Source of the DNA: Phycisphaerae bacterium
GTDB taxonomy: Bacteria; Planctomycetota; Phycisphaerae; FEN-1346
Assembly: GCA_035530455.1 (NCBI GenBank)
Contig: DATKUU010000172.1
Span: 1 to 45,842, forward strand
DNA length: 45,842 nt
Direction of reading: 5' to 3'
Of the stretch, positions 1 to 8,607 are shown piece by piece. The first letter of the stretch is position 1, and every line of letters begins with the position of its first letter. The notes below the pieces were generated by a model, which worked only from the letters and a program-made list of their open reading frames with translations, was not told where the DNA came from and did no database searches. Made by a program: the position numbers and the translations under genes.

Positions 1-122
1 GCAAGGAACCGAAGCAACAAGGCCCCCTGTTGCCGCCACCGTGCCAGAAGCCAGAGCAAGACCGCTGCGGAGGCCCCGAGGGCTCCGCCAAGCAGAGGAC
101 CACTCCAGATCGGCAACTCCAT
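1..122 (-). CDS. N-terminal fragment of a putative membrane protein; the gene continues past the left window edge
   Basis: ATG at 122-120 on the minus strand. The translation MELPIWSGPLLGGALGASAAVLLWLLARWRQQGALLLRFL is hydrophobic and TM-like, has mostly G/C third positions, and stays open to base 1. No clear SD. A TGTAGAAT box lies about 200 nt upstream at 332-325 (minus). Confidence 0.3.
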   Translation of the reverse strand, partial: MELPIWSGPLLGGALGASAAVLLWLLARWRQQGALLLRFL

Positions 123-408
123 CAGGAGAATGGGTCGCAAACGCCTTCCCCACGTGATAGTGGATGCCCGGACGGCATCATAGGAACGTCCGCGGGAGGC
201 TGTCTAGCGAAAAGACGGTCGCGGACTGTCCGGCGGGGGGAATTCGGGGCTGCGGCAAGGGTTCTGTGCCGGGGTCCCCCGATCAGATTCTCCGGCAAAA
301 ATTGGGTTGCAATGCCTGTTGGCGATTCTACAATGCACGGGTTGGGAGGAAGGCGACTCGGCCCCGGTGCGCCGGCCCCGGTTTCGTTCGCTTGCGCGAA
401 CGAAAGCC

Positions 409-882
409 GTGGTAAGCGAAGCGGTGCGGCGCTGGGCGCAAAAGCGGCGGGAGGTGGCGGCTATTTCTCGTTTACGCGCTCGAGGATGTGTCGCGCTCGG
501 ACTCGGCGCCATCGGGTTGGCGGGTTTGGGCGTGGTGCTCGTGATGGCGCAGGGGTCGCCCCGCGCGGCGGATGCGGCGGAGTGGGCGGCTGCGGCGACG
601 GACGACGTGGTCGTGGCCGTGACGCCGATGGGCGATGGAAGCGTCCTGGTGTGCCTCGTGGATCGGACGAAGGATCGCCTGGCGGTGTATGTGGCGGACG
701 CGCGGCGGAGCCGATTGAAACTCCTGGCCGTGCGCGACATTTCCGCCGACTGGGCGCTGACGGATTACAACAACGACCCGCCGTTGCCCAAGGACATCCG
801 GGCGCGCGTGGAAGCCGTCACGGAGAAACCGGCGGCCCCGGCTGCGGCGGAAGAATCGGACGTGTCGCCGCCGTCGCCGTAG
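409..882 (+). CDS. hypothetical membrane-anchored protein
   Basis: Frame with strong GC3. One TM-like segment (CVALGLGAIGLAGLGVVLVMA) is followed by a soluble domain (VVVAVTPMGDGSVLVCLVDRTKDRLAVYVADARRSRLKLLAVRDISADWALTDYNND) and a Pro/Ala/Glu tail. The start is uncertain: GTG 409 is chosen, and the track ORF begins at TTG 307. No family recognised. Confidence 0.5.
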   Translation: MVSEAVRRWAQKRREVAAISRLRARGCVALGLGAIGLAGLGVVLVMAQGSPRAADAAEWAAAATDDVVVAVTPMGDGSVLVCLVDRTKDRLAVYVADARRSRLKLLAVRDISADWALTDYNNDPPLPKDIRARVEAVTEKPAAPAAAEESDVSPPSP

Positions 883-945
883 CGGTATAATGGGACATGG
901 AGCGGCCGCGCGGTGCGGACGCGCCGGAAGCGAGGAGGGCACGTT

Positions 946-1782
946 TTGGAATTCGTCACGTTCGAAGAAGCCAAAAAACGCCTTGGCAAAACCGATGAGC
1001 AGTTGCAGGACATGATCAAGAACGGTCAGGTCCGGGCGTTCCGTGACGCAGGGACGTGGAAGTTCCGCCAGGAAGACGTCGCTGCGCTCGCCGGCGGGGC
1101 GGCGCCCGCCGCGCCCCCGGCCGGAGAAAAGGAAGAAGACGCCGGCGACACCCTCATGAGCATTGATGCGGACATCCTCTTTGCGGAAGAGGAAGAGGTC
1201 CCCGCCGACAGCGCCGCAGAGACCTGGATTGCCGCCGACACCGAAGGCGTTTTCCCGGGCGAGGCGGCCCCGGGCGAAGAGAAACCGATCGGCGTGGAGG
1301 CGGCCATGGCCGCCCCTGAGGCCGAACCCGCACCCCTGGCCCTCAGTCCCGAAACCGACGAGTCCAGCCTCCAGGAAGTCTTGAGCGAGGAAGAGGTGGC
1401 CGGCGAGGCCGGCGTCTTTGCCGAGGAGCCCGTCATCGCGGTGGACACCGAGAGCGGGGTGGCGGCGGTGGTTGCCACGTCGTCCACGAAGTCGGGCATC
1501 GCCGTCAGCCGCACTCGCATCGTCACCCTCGTGGAAGGGCCTGCCCATCACGGTTCCTTCACGGTGCTGCTGGGGATGACGGCGGCGGCGCTGGGGTTCA
1601 CGATGTTCGCCCTGCTGGCGCTGCTGGCGGGCGCGAGGCCTGGCGTCGTCGTCAGCATCGGCGAGGGCAACGCGGGCGTCGTCATCCTGTTCGGCGGCGC
1701 GGTGGTCGCCGCCGTCGTGGCCGTCATCGGGTACGTGCTGGAAAAGCAGCGGGGCGCCCGCGAGGCCGCGGGCGGGCAGTAA
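946..1782 (+). CDS. membrane-tethered helix-turn-helix (excisionase/MerR-like HTH_17-type) protein
   Basis: TTG 946 lies 6 nt after GAGGAGGG (932-939). The N-terminus (M)EFVTFEEAKKRLGKTDEQLQDMIKNGQVRAFRDAGTWKFRQEDV fits the short HTH_17 pattern. A long acidic Ala/Glu/Pro linker follows. There are two C-terminal hydrophobic helices (FTVLLGMTAAALGFTMFALLALLAG and VVILFGGAVVAAVVAVIGYVL). The track ORF starts at GTG 913. Confidence 0.65.
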   Translation: MEFVTFEEAKKRLGKTDEQLQDMIKNGQVRAFRDAGTWKFRQEDVAALAGGAAPAAPPAGEKEEDAGDTLMSIDADILFAEEEEVPADSAAETWIAADTEGVFPGEAAPGEEKPIGVEAAMAAPEAEPAPLALSPETDESSLQEVLSEEEVAGEAGVFAEEPVIAVDTESGVAAVVATSSTKSGIAVSRTRIVTLVEGPAHHGSFTVLLGMTAAALGFTMFALLALLAGARPGVVVSIGEGNAGVVILFGGAVVAAVVAVIGYVLEKQRGAREAAGGQ

Positions 1783-1882
1783 GCGGGAACGCATTCGGCT
1801 GCACGACGCACGCATGGCCGGGCACCCGGTCGCGTGCACAGATCTGCGGGACGAAATGGCTCACCCAGAAAAGGAGATTGCG

Positions 1883-2686
1883 ATGCGACGCTCTTTCGTG
1901 GCGGCGGGATTGGTGCTGCTCGGTGTGCTGGCCCTGGCAAGCACGGGATGCGTGGACCAGGCCAAGTACGACGCTGTTCTCCTGAGGAACCGCGAGCAGG
2001 ACAAACTGCTCGTGGAAAAGGACGCAGACATCGCGCGCCTCCTGGAACGCGTGGACGCGATGCAGGCCCGCGCGGGCGACGCCCAGCGGATGCTCGATGA
2101 AAAGGAGCGGCTCCTCGCCGCGGTTAGCCAGGAACGCGATGAGGTCCGCAAGGCCTTCAACGAACTGATGGAGGCGTGGAAGAAATGGGCCGCCGCCGGG
2201 AGCGGCGGTGCCATTCCCGCAGAGGTCGCCATGGAGATCGAACAGTTGGCTCGCGAGTATCCCAACCTGTTCGAGTTCGACAAGGCGAGCGGCCGGCTGC
2301 GCTTCGCTTCGGACATCACGTTCGACTCCGGCTCGAACGCCGTCAAGCCCGATGCGCGGACAGCCCTGACGAAACTGGCCGCCATCCTCTCCGGCGACGT
2401 GGCCAAGAAAGTCCACGCGACTATTATCGGCCACACGGACTCCGACCCCGTCAAGAAGGCGGCGACTGTCGCGCTGCTGCAGCAACTCGGCAAGCCGACG
2501 AACAACATGGGCCTTTCGGTGGCCCGCGCGGAGGCCGTGGCCGAGATTCTGAAAGCCGGCGGCGTCGAAGCGACGCGCATCATCACCCAGGGCATGGGCG
2601 AAGGCCAGCCTATCGCCGATAACCGGAGTGCTGAAAGCAAGGCCAGGAACCGTCGCGTCGAAATCTTCCTCGCCATGGGAGCCTGA
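1883..2686 (+). CDS. OmpA-family lipoprotein with coiled-coil N-terminal half
   Basis: ATG 1883 is preceded by AAGGAG (1871-1876). Signal peptide with lipobox LASTGC. C-terminal OmpA_C-type motifs: GHTDSDP, NMGLSVARAEAV, NRRVEIFL. Confidence 0.85.
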   Translation: MRRSFVAAGLVLLGVLALASTGCVDQAKYDAVLLRNREQDKLLVEKDADIARLLERVDAMQARAGDAQRMLDEKERLLAAVSQERDEVRKAFNELMEAWKKWAAAGSGGAIPAEVAMEIEQLAREYPNLFEFDKASGRLRFASDITFDSGSNAVKPDARTALTKLAAILSGDVAKKVHATIIGHTDSDPVKKAATVALLQQLGKPTNNMGLSVARAEAVAEILKAGGVEATRIITQGMGEGQPIADNRSAESKARNRRVEIFLAMGA

Positions 2687-2718
2687 AACGCGGTTGGGTT
2701 GAGACGTTGGAGAAAATG

Positions 2719-2753
2719 AGCGGCCCGCTCACCGAAGAGTGGGCCGCTTTCTT
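2719..2753. terminator. bidirectional rho-independent terminator between convergent genes
   Basis: Stem AGCGGCCCGCTC / GAGTGGGCCGCT (1 mismatch) with loop ACCGAA. It is followed by TTCTT on the plus strand and by CATTTTCTCC when read on the minus strand. It sits between the stops at 2686 (+) and 2775 (-). Confidence 0.7.
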
Positions 2754-2774
2754 GGCATGAACCGGACGGCCTTT

Positions 2775-4007
2775 TCATCGCGACGGAAGAAGTGCCGGAA
2801 GCAGTTTTTCGAGGACCGGTTGTCCCTGGAACGGCTCAGCCGTCGTCCACAGGATCGGCACCTCTTCGCCGAAGAGGTTGGTCACGAGGAGTGGAGGCGA
2901 ATCGTCGCCCTTGGTCAGACGGCCGAGCCCCTCGGCCGTTGTGCGGAAGTTCAAGGCCAGCCCTTCGTATCCGATGGAGTTCGTGAGCAGCCAGCCGTAG
3001 CCGCGGACCGGCGGCAATGTCTCCTCGATCCATCGCAGCGTCTCGGCGCTCACCATCCCGCCTTCGTTGCCTTGGAGGTCGCACGTCAATATCGCCGACG
3101 GGGCGCCGGCCAGCTTCACGTATTTAACCTCGAACTGAACCTTGCCTGTGATGGGACCGCCGGGAACGCTTCGCGTCCAATCCGCCAGGTCTATCTCGCT
3201 GCCGTTCACGGTGACGGCGGCCATGTCTAGGAGGTACCCCGGACAGTGCCAGTGGACATTCACGTCGAATGTTCCCGCTGTTTGGCTTGCCTCGTTCCCC
3301 GGTTCGCCGAGAAGTTGTCGGATTGCGTCCGCCGGCACGTCTTTTGCCTTCACCCACAACCCGCCGAACACGCCCCGGTCGGACGCCGGATCGAGAAGCA
3401 GGGTCACCCTCCACTTCGGAGCGAGGAGAGTATCTGTGCTCAACAGGACAGCGTCCGCGCTGAGCGGCGGGCGAAAGGTGACGCGGAAAACTTTGGTGTC
3501 GCCGTCGGCGACGGCGACGGCGACGGTTTCACCCGACAGCCGCGCCAGGCCCAGGTCGAGGTCCGCCTCCAGGCGCTCGACGACGACCGACGCAATCGCC
3601 GGCGCCTGCGCAGACTCAGCCTGGACGAGACGCTGATTGACGGCCGCCAGCGTGGCCATCGGCTCGGGGCCGGCGATCTTGACGGACCCCCGTGCTGCGC
3701 GGACGGACCACCCGCTCGCGATCGCCTCGGCCTTAAGATCCTCCAGGACGACCAGAAGGCGCCCCTCGCCGGCCTGCCAGAGGAGTTCGACTTCATCGGC
3801 GACGGCCGTTTGGAGGCCGGTGGGGTGGGCGCCGCGCACGAACGCCTTGCACCGCAGGCGCGAGGCAAGGTCCCTCTCCAGCCGGGCATCCATTCCGCCC
3901 GTCCGCAGCCAGACGCCGTAGAGCACGAGGGCCGCGAGCGGGCCGAGGACGCAAAGGAAGAGCAGGGCGAAAACCGAGCGGCGAACGTGCTTCTTGCGCA
4001 GGGCCAT
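2775..4007 (-). CDS. hypothetical protein with N-terminal membrane anchor
   Basis: ATG 4007 gives MALRKKHVRRSVFALLFLCVLGPLAALVLYGVWL, a TM anchor. The longer track ORF (to 4553) would overlap aroC in another frame, so the internal start is preferred. High GC3 throughout. It lies 17 nt downstream of the aroC stop and is likely co-transcribed. No family recognised. Confidence 0.7.
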   Translation of the reverse strand: MALRKKHVRRSVFALLFLCVLGPLAALVLYGVWLRTGGMDARLERDLASRLRCKAFVRGAHPTGLQTAVADEVELLWQAGEGRLLVVLEDLKAEAIASGWSVRAARGSVKIAGPEPMATLAAVNQRLVQAESAQAPAIASVVVERLEADLDLGLARLSGETVAVAVADGDTKVFRVTFRPPLSADAVLLSTDTLLAPKWRVTLLLDPASDRGVFGGLWVKAKDVPADAIRQLLGEPGNEASQTAGTFDVNVHWHCPGYLLDMAAVTVNGSEIDLADWTRSVPGGPITGKVQFEVKYVKLAGAPSAILTCDLQGNEGGMVSAETLRWIEETLPPVRGYGWLLTNSIGYEGLALNFRTTAEGLGRLTKGDDSPPLLVTNLFGEEVPILWTTAEPFQGQPVLEKLLPALLPSR

Positions 4008-4024
4008 GGGGGCTCGCGGATGAA

Positions 4025-5170
4025 CTACAGTTCCTGTGCCGACCGACGCCACGCGTCGTAGGACGCCTTCATTTCGCCGAGCGAATCGCCGCCGAACTTC
4101 TCCAGCATCGCGCCGGCCAGTTCCGTCGCCACCGCCGCCTCCACCACGACGCTGGCGGCAGGCACGGCGCAGACGTCGCTCCGCTCGTACGCCGCCTCCT
4201 CGGCCTTCTTCGTCGCGAGGTTGACCGATGCGAGCGCCTTGCGGAGCGTCGAGATGGGTTTCATCGCGGCGCGCACGAGGAGCGGCTGGCCCGTCGTCAT
4301 CCCGCCCTCCAGACCGCCGGCCCCGTTCGTCGGGCGCACAAACCCTAACGTCGGCCCGTCGCGCTTCGAGGGGTCGTATGTAATTGGGTCGTGGACCTCG
4401 CTTCCGCGCTTGGCGGCGGCGGCGAAGCCCAGACCGATCTCGACCCCCTTGATGGCCTGGATGCTCATGACGGCCCGGGCGAGTCGGCCGTCCAGTTTCC
4501 GCGTCCACTGGACGTGGCTGCCCAGGCCGGGCACGAGGCCGGTCGCCACGCACTCGATGACGCCGCCGAGCGTGTTGCCTGCCTCGCGCGCCTCATCAAT
4601 CGCCGCCTTCATCGCGCGGTCGGCCTTCGGGTCGGGCGAGTATAAGTCACTTGCATCGCGGCACTTACGGCGCTCCTCCATTTTCTCCGGCACGTGCGAC
4701 TCCACCGCCCCGATCCGCACCACGTACGCCAGCACCTCGACGCCGAACTCCGCCAGGAGCGCCTTGGCAAGCGCACCGGCGGCGACGCGGCCGGCGGTCT
4801 CGCGGGCGCTGGCGCGCTCGAGGATGTCGCGGCAATCGCGCGTCAGATACTTCAGGGCCCCCGCCAGGTCGGCGTGTCCCGGCCGAGGACGCACGAGTGC
4901 CTCCGCCTCCTCCAGCCGCACGTCGCGGTTCCGCACGAGCAGCACCACTGGGCTGCCGAGCGTCCGCCCGCGCCGGACACCGGAGAGAATTTCGACGCGG
5001 TCGCTCTCGATTTTTTGCCGCTCGCCGCGACCGTATCCGCCCTGGCGGCGCGCCAGGTCGGCGTCTATTGAGGCCGCGTCGGCCGGCACGCCGGCCGGGA
5101 GGCCTTCGACGATTGCCACCACCGCCGGGCCGTGCGATTCGCCCGCCGTCCGCACCTTCAGTTTGCTCAC
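4025..5170 (-). CDS. aroC: chorismate synthase
   Basis: Hallmark motifs [40 protein letters not shown] 5170 is preceded by GGAGAGGAG. The track start at 5326 adds a non-homologous Arg/Pro-rich extension. Confidence 0.92.
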   Translation of the reverse strand: MSKLKVRTAGESHGPAVVAIVEGLPAGVPADAASIDADLARRQGGYGRGERQKIESDRVEILSGVRRGRTLGSPVVLLVRNRDVRLEEAEALVRPRPGHADLAGALKYLTRDCRDILERASARETAGRVAAGALAKALLAEFGVEVLAYVVRIGAVESHVPEKMEERRKCRDASDLYSPDPKADRAMKAAIDEAREAGNTLGGVIECVATGLVPGLGSHVQWTRKLDGRLARAVMSIQAIKGVEIGLGFAAAAKRGSEVHDPITYDPSKRDGPTLGFVRPTNGAGGLEGGMTTGQPLLVRAAMKPISTLRKALASVNLATKKAEEAAYERSDVCAVPAASVVVEAAVATELAGAMLEKFGGDSLGEMKASYDAWRRSAQEL

Positions 5171-5358
5171 CGCTCCTCTCCTTGCGTCAAGTCCCTGTCC
5201 GGAAACACCTCTTGGGTGGTGGCCTTCCCAGGCCGCCACCGCCTTCCGTGCCCTGCGCGGTGGGCAGGAATGCCCACCGCGCTTTTCATTCACTGGCCCT
5301 CGAATCGGGGATAGCGCGGCGGCCATTCTTGGCCGCCGCGCGGCTTCTCAGACAGAGA

Positions 5359-6246
5359 CTAGCGGAACTTTTTCCCTGTCAACCGCTCGTACGCCTCGAC
5401 GTACCGCGCGCGTGTGCTCGAGACGATGTCGTCGGGCAGGTCGGGTCCCGGCGGCTTCTTGTCCCAAGAGAGCGTGTCGAGCCAGTTGCGAAGGAACTGT
5501 TTGTCGAAACTCGGCTGGTCGTGTCCGGGCTCGTACGAGTCGGCCGGCCAGAAACGCGACGAGTCCGGCGTCAGCGCCTCGTCCACGAGGAGGATCTTAT
5601 CGTCGGCCCGGCCCCACTCGAACTTCGTGTCCGCGATAAGGATGCCGCGCTCCCGTGCAACCTGGGCCGCCTTCGCGTACACCGCGACGCTCCGCCGACG
5701 AAGTTCCTCGGCCGTCTCCGCCCCGACGATTTCCCCGGCGCGCTCCAGCGAGATGTTCTCATCGTGCCCGCTCTCGGCCTTGGTGGCGGGCGTAAAGAGC
5801 GGCTCCGGCAGGCGGTCGCACTGCCGTAGGCCCTTCGGCAAAAGCGTCCCGCACACCGTCCCGTGGGCCTCGTACTCGCGCCACCCCGACCCTGCCAGGT
5901 ACCCTCGCACGACGCACTCGACGGGGAAGACGTCCGCCTTGCGGCAAAGCATCGAGCGGCCCTCGAGGGTCTCGGCCTGGTCGCGGACCGCCTCCGGCAT
6001 CTTGCGCACGTCGGCCGTCACCAGGTGGTTCGGCGTCACGTCGGCCAGAAACTCGAACCACCAGAGGCTGATTTGCGTCAGGAGACGGCCCTTGTCGGGG
6101 ATGCCGGTCGGCATGACGACGTCGTAGGCGCTGATGCGGTCGGTGGCGACGATGAGGATTCGGTCGCCGAGGTCATAGACGTCTCTGACCTTGCCTCGGC
6201 GGACCGCGAGGCCTTCCAGATGCGTTTCACGGACGACGGGTTTCAT
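5359..6246 (-). CDS. purC: phosphoribosylaminoimidazole-succinocarboxamide (SAICAR) synthase
   Basis: MKPVVRETHLEGLAVRRGKVRDVYDLGDRILIVATDRISAYDVVMPTGIPDKGRLLTQISLWWF matches the PurC N-terminal pattern. ATG at 6246. Confidence 0.92.
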   Translation of the reverse strand: MKPVVRETHLEGLAVRRGKVRDVYDLGDRILIVATDRISAYDVVMPTGIPDKGRLLTQISLWWFEFLADVTPNHLVTADVRKMPEAVRDQAETLEGRSMLCRKADVFPVECVVRGYLAGSGWREYEAHGTVCGTLLPKGLRQCDRLPEPLFTPATKAESGHDENISLERAGEIVGAETAEELRRRSVAVYAKAAQVARERGILIADTKFEWGRADDKILLVDEALTPDSSRFWPADSYEPGHDQPSFDKQFLRNWLDTLSWDKKPPGPDLPDDIVSSTRARYVEAYERLTGKKFR

Positions 6247-6475
6247 AACAGGCTCCCCGGACCGGATGGGCGCGCGCGGGCGGATCACCCGCCTACGGGT
6301 TTCCTTTTAGCCTTTGGCGGCACGGGGCGTCAAGACTTATCCGCGTCGCAGGCGCGCGGGCGATGGGGCGGTTTTTCGGTTGAGGCGCGCGCGGCCGGGG
6401 GCCTATAATGCCGCCCCGCCGCGAGACCAAGGGGGTTCCGGCGCCGGACCGGGTCAGGAAGGAGCAGGGGACCGC

Positions 6476-8029
6476 GTGCTTTCGTTTCGCGTGTTGGTCA
6501 ACGGCAAGCCGCCCGAGCGGCTCGATCTGGATCGGATGTACGTGACGAGCCTGGAGGGCCAGCCGATCCGGGTGCGGTTCCGGTACGTTCCGGAGGAGGC
6601 GCTGCTGTTCTGCGACCGTCGGGCGCAAGGCCTGGCGGCGCTGAACCTGCCTTGGGCGGTGCGCGGCGGGGGGCAACTGATGCTTCGGACGGCGCTCTTG
6701 CCGGACGCCCCCGAACCGTATCTGCTTCCCCTGGAACTGGCGCGCGGCCGGGTGGCCGACGTCTGGCGCCAGAAAGAGAACTGGGGGTACGTCTATGGCG
6801 GCCCGACGGAAGACATCGAGGCGGAGTTGGGGGAGGTGAAGTTAACCCTGGCCCGGGCGATGGCGCTGGCGGACGCGCCGAGGGCGTCGGCGGACTTGGC
6901 GGAAGACGCTCTGGGTCGCGCCGTGGCGCTGGGTGAGAAACTGGCGCTCGGGGATGCGCACCGGGGGATCGAGTTGCGGCGGGAACGGGGGGAACTGAAG
7001 CGCGTGGACTTCGGCTGCCACTGGGAACTCTTCGGCGACCAGCCCGTCGTCCAGAAACGCTTCGTCGAGGCGTTCAATCACGTAACGCTCCCCTTCACGT
7101 GGCGCCAGATTGAGCCCCGCGAGCAGGAGTTTCAATGGGGCTGGCACGACGGGTGGATGCATTGGTTCGAGGCGAAGGGCATTGCGATCAAGGGCGGCTC
7201 GCTCGTCCGCTTCGCCGAGCCTTATCTGCCGGACTGGCTCTGGATCTGGGAGAACGACTTCGACGCCATCCGGGACTACCTCTTCGACTACGTCGAGCGG
7301 TGCGTGCAGCGGTACCGCGGGCGGGTGGACCACTGGGACGCCATCACCGGCCTGCACGTTGAGAATTGCATGAACTTCCCGCTCGACCGCATTCTGGAGG
7401 TGACGCGCGTCTGCGCCCGGGCCATCAAACGGACCGACCCCGCCGCCAAGGTCGTCCTGGACCTGGTGTACCCGTGGGGCGAGTACTTCAGCGTCAACCA
7501 GCGGTCCATCTGGCCGTACCACTACGCGGAGATGTGCATCAACGCGGGCATCCAGTTCGACGCCGTGGGGCTACAGATTTTTTTCGGCACGGCGGGCGAG
7601 GGCCTCTATTGTCGCGATATGCTGGCCGTTTCCGAGATCCTCAGCCTCTTCGGCGGCCTGGGCAAGCCGGTGCATGTGACCGCGGTCGGTGTGCCGAGCG
7701 CGGGTTACCCTGACGCGTCGGCGACGGTCGGCGGCCAGGCCCACCAGCCGGGCGCCGGCGGCGTGTGGCGAAAGCCCTGGGACGAAATCGTCCAGTCCGA
7801 CTGGCTCGACGAGTTCTACCACATTGCCATCGCCAAGCCCTTCGTCACCGCCATCTCCTGGCGCGACTTTTCCGACCACCAGCCCCATTACTTCCCCCAC
7901 AGCGGCCTTCTGCGCAAAGACCTGCATCCGAAGATCGCCTATCGGAAACTGGTGGGACTGCGGCAGGAGATCTGGCCGGCGGGCGGCCCGCAGGGCGCCG
8001 AGACGAACGTCCTCTGGCCGGAAATCTGA
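6476..8029 (+). CDS. glycoside hydrolase family 10-like TIM-barrel protein (catalytic status unclear)
   Basis: GTG 6476 lies 11 nt after AGGAAGGAG. The central region follows the GH10 layout: FNHVTLPFTWRQIEPREQEFQWGWHDGWMHWFEAKGIAIKGGSLV, then RYRGRVDHWDAITG, then GKPVHVTAVGVPS. No signal peptide seen. Confidence 0.6.
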   Translation: MLSFRVLVNGKPPERLDLDRMYVTSLEGQPIRVRFRYVPEEALLFCDRRAQGLAALNLPWAVRGGGQLMLRTALLPDAPEPYLLPLELARGRVADVWRQKENWGYVYGGPTEDIEAELGEVKLTLARAMALADAPRASADLAEDALGRAVALGEKLALGDAHRGIELRRERGELKRVDFGCHWELFGDQPVVQKRFVEAFNHVTLPFTWRQIEPREQEFQWGWHDGWMHWFEAKGIAIKGGSLVRFAEPYLPDWLWIWENDFDAIRDYLFDYVERCVQRYRGRVDHWDAITGLHVENCMNFPLDRILEVTRVCARAIKRTDPAAKVVLDLVYPWGEYFSVNQRSIWPYHYAEMCINAGIQFDAVGLQIFFGTAGEGLYCRDMLAVSEILSLFGGLGKPVHVTAVGVPSAGYPDASATVGGQAHQPGAGGVWRKPWDEIVQSDWLDEFYHIAIAKPFVTAISWRDFSDHQPHYFPHSGLLRKDLHPKIAYRKLVGLRQEIWPAGGPQGAETNVLWPEI

Positions 8030-8057
8030 CGCCCAGGCCGCGTGCGGATTCCTCCCC

Positions 8058-8534
8058 ATGGTATTTGCGGCCTTGCCGGGGCGGCGGGCCGTCGGCATAA
8101 TGGCGGCCATGGCCGAACCGCCCGAAGCGAAGCCGCCCGCGCCGCCGCCCCTGGTCGCCCGCGCCGAGCAGGTGGTGCTCGTGGTGCTCGCGCTGGCGGT
8201 CGTGGCGGGCGTCGCATGGCGGATCGCCGACACCTATCGCCTCGGCGCCGACCCGCTTGAAACGGTCCCCCCGTCCGAAGGGCCGAACTTCCAGGTCAAC
8301 GTCAACTCGGCCGACTGGGTGACGTTGTCGCTCGTCCCCGGCCTGGGTAGGGGCCTTGCCAGCGCGATTGTCGAGGCGCGCACGAAGCACGACGGCCAAC
8401 GCTTCGACTCCCTCGATGACCTCCTCAAAGTGGATGGCATCGGGGAGAAGACGCTCGCGAAACTTCGCCCTTACCTCTTCGTCGGCGACTCCGCCGGCGA
8501 CGAGGAGCCGATCCGGATGCTCGGCGCTCCCTGA
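8058..8534 (+). CDS. ComEA-family helix-hairpin-helix DNA-binding protein
   Basis: TM segment VVLVVLALAVVAGVAW, then VNVNSADWVTLSLVPGLGRGLASAIVEARTKHDGQRFDSLDDLLKVDGIGEKTLAKLRPYL (tandem HhH, ComEA-type). The start is uncertain: ATG 8058, 8100 or 8109, none with a good SD. Confidence 0.75.
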   Translation: MVFAALPGRRAVGIMAAMAEPPEAKPPAPPPLVARAEQVVLVVLALAVVAGVAWRIADTYRLGADPLETVPPSEGPNFQVNVNSADWVTLSLVPGLGRGLASAIVEARTKHDGQRFDSLDDLLKVDGIGEKTLAKLRPYLFVGDSAGDEEPIRMLGAP

Positions 8535-8607
8535 CCCCCCTTCGCGCCGTTGCCGATGCGGCCCCGCGATGGTATGATGTATCTTCTGCGAGAGGGCCGA
8601 AGAACCC

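Noticed and set aside
174-184. Partial resemblance of the minus-strand leader (CCTATGATGCC) to the 3' part of the fluoride riboswitch, and of GCCGGAGAATC to cobalamin-riboswitch core sequence
   Set aside because: Only short strings match. The other conserved elements (GGCGATGG...AAACCGCC for fluoride; the B12 box GCCACTG) are absent.
231-256. tRNA/tmRNA T-arm-like string (GGCGGGGGGAATTCGGGGCTGC; minus strand CCCCGAATTCCCCCCGCC)
   Set aside because: The arms do not pair as a T-stem around a GTTCRANYC loop. No acceptor stem, CCA context or tmRNA tag ORF could be built around it.
30-1839. Long ORFs 30-890 (+) and 472-1839 (-) at the left edge
   Set aside because: Both have Arg/Gly/Pro-rich low-complexity translations. 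They conflict with the better-supported plus-strand genes at 409-882 and 946-1782, which have high GC3, TM helices and an HTH.
4008-4553. 5' extension of the 2775-4553 minus ORF (592 aa)
   Set aside because: The extension overlaps aroC in a different frame and is an Arg/Gly/Pro-rich nonsense sequence. A TM-anchor N-terminus starts at the internal ATG 4007.
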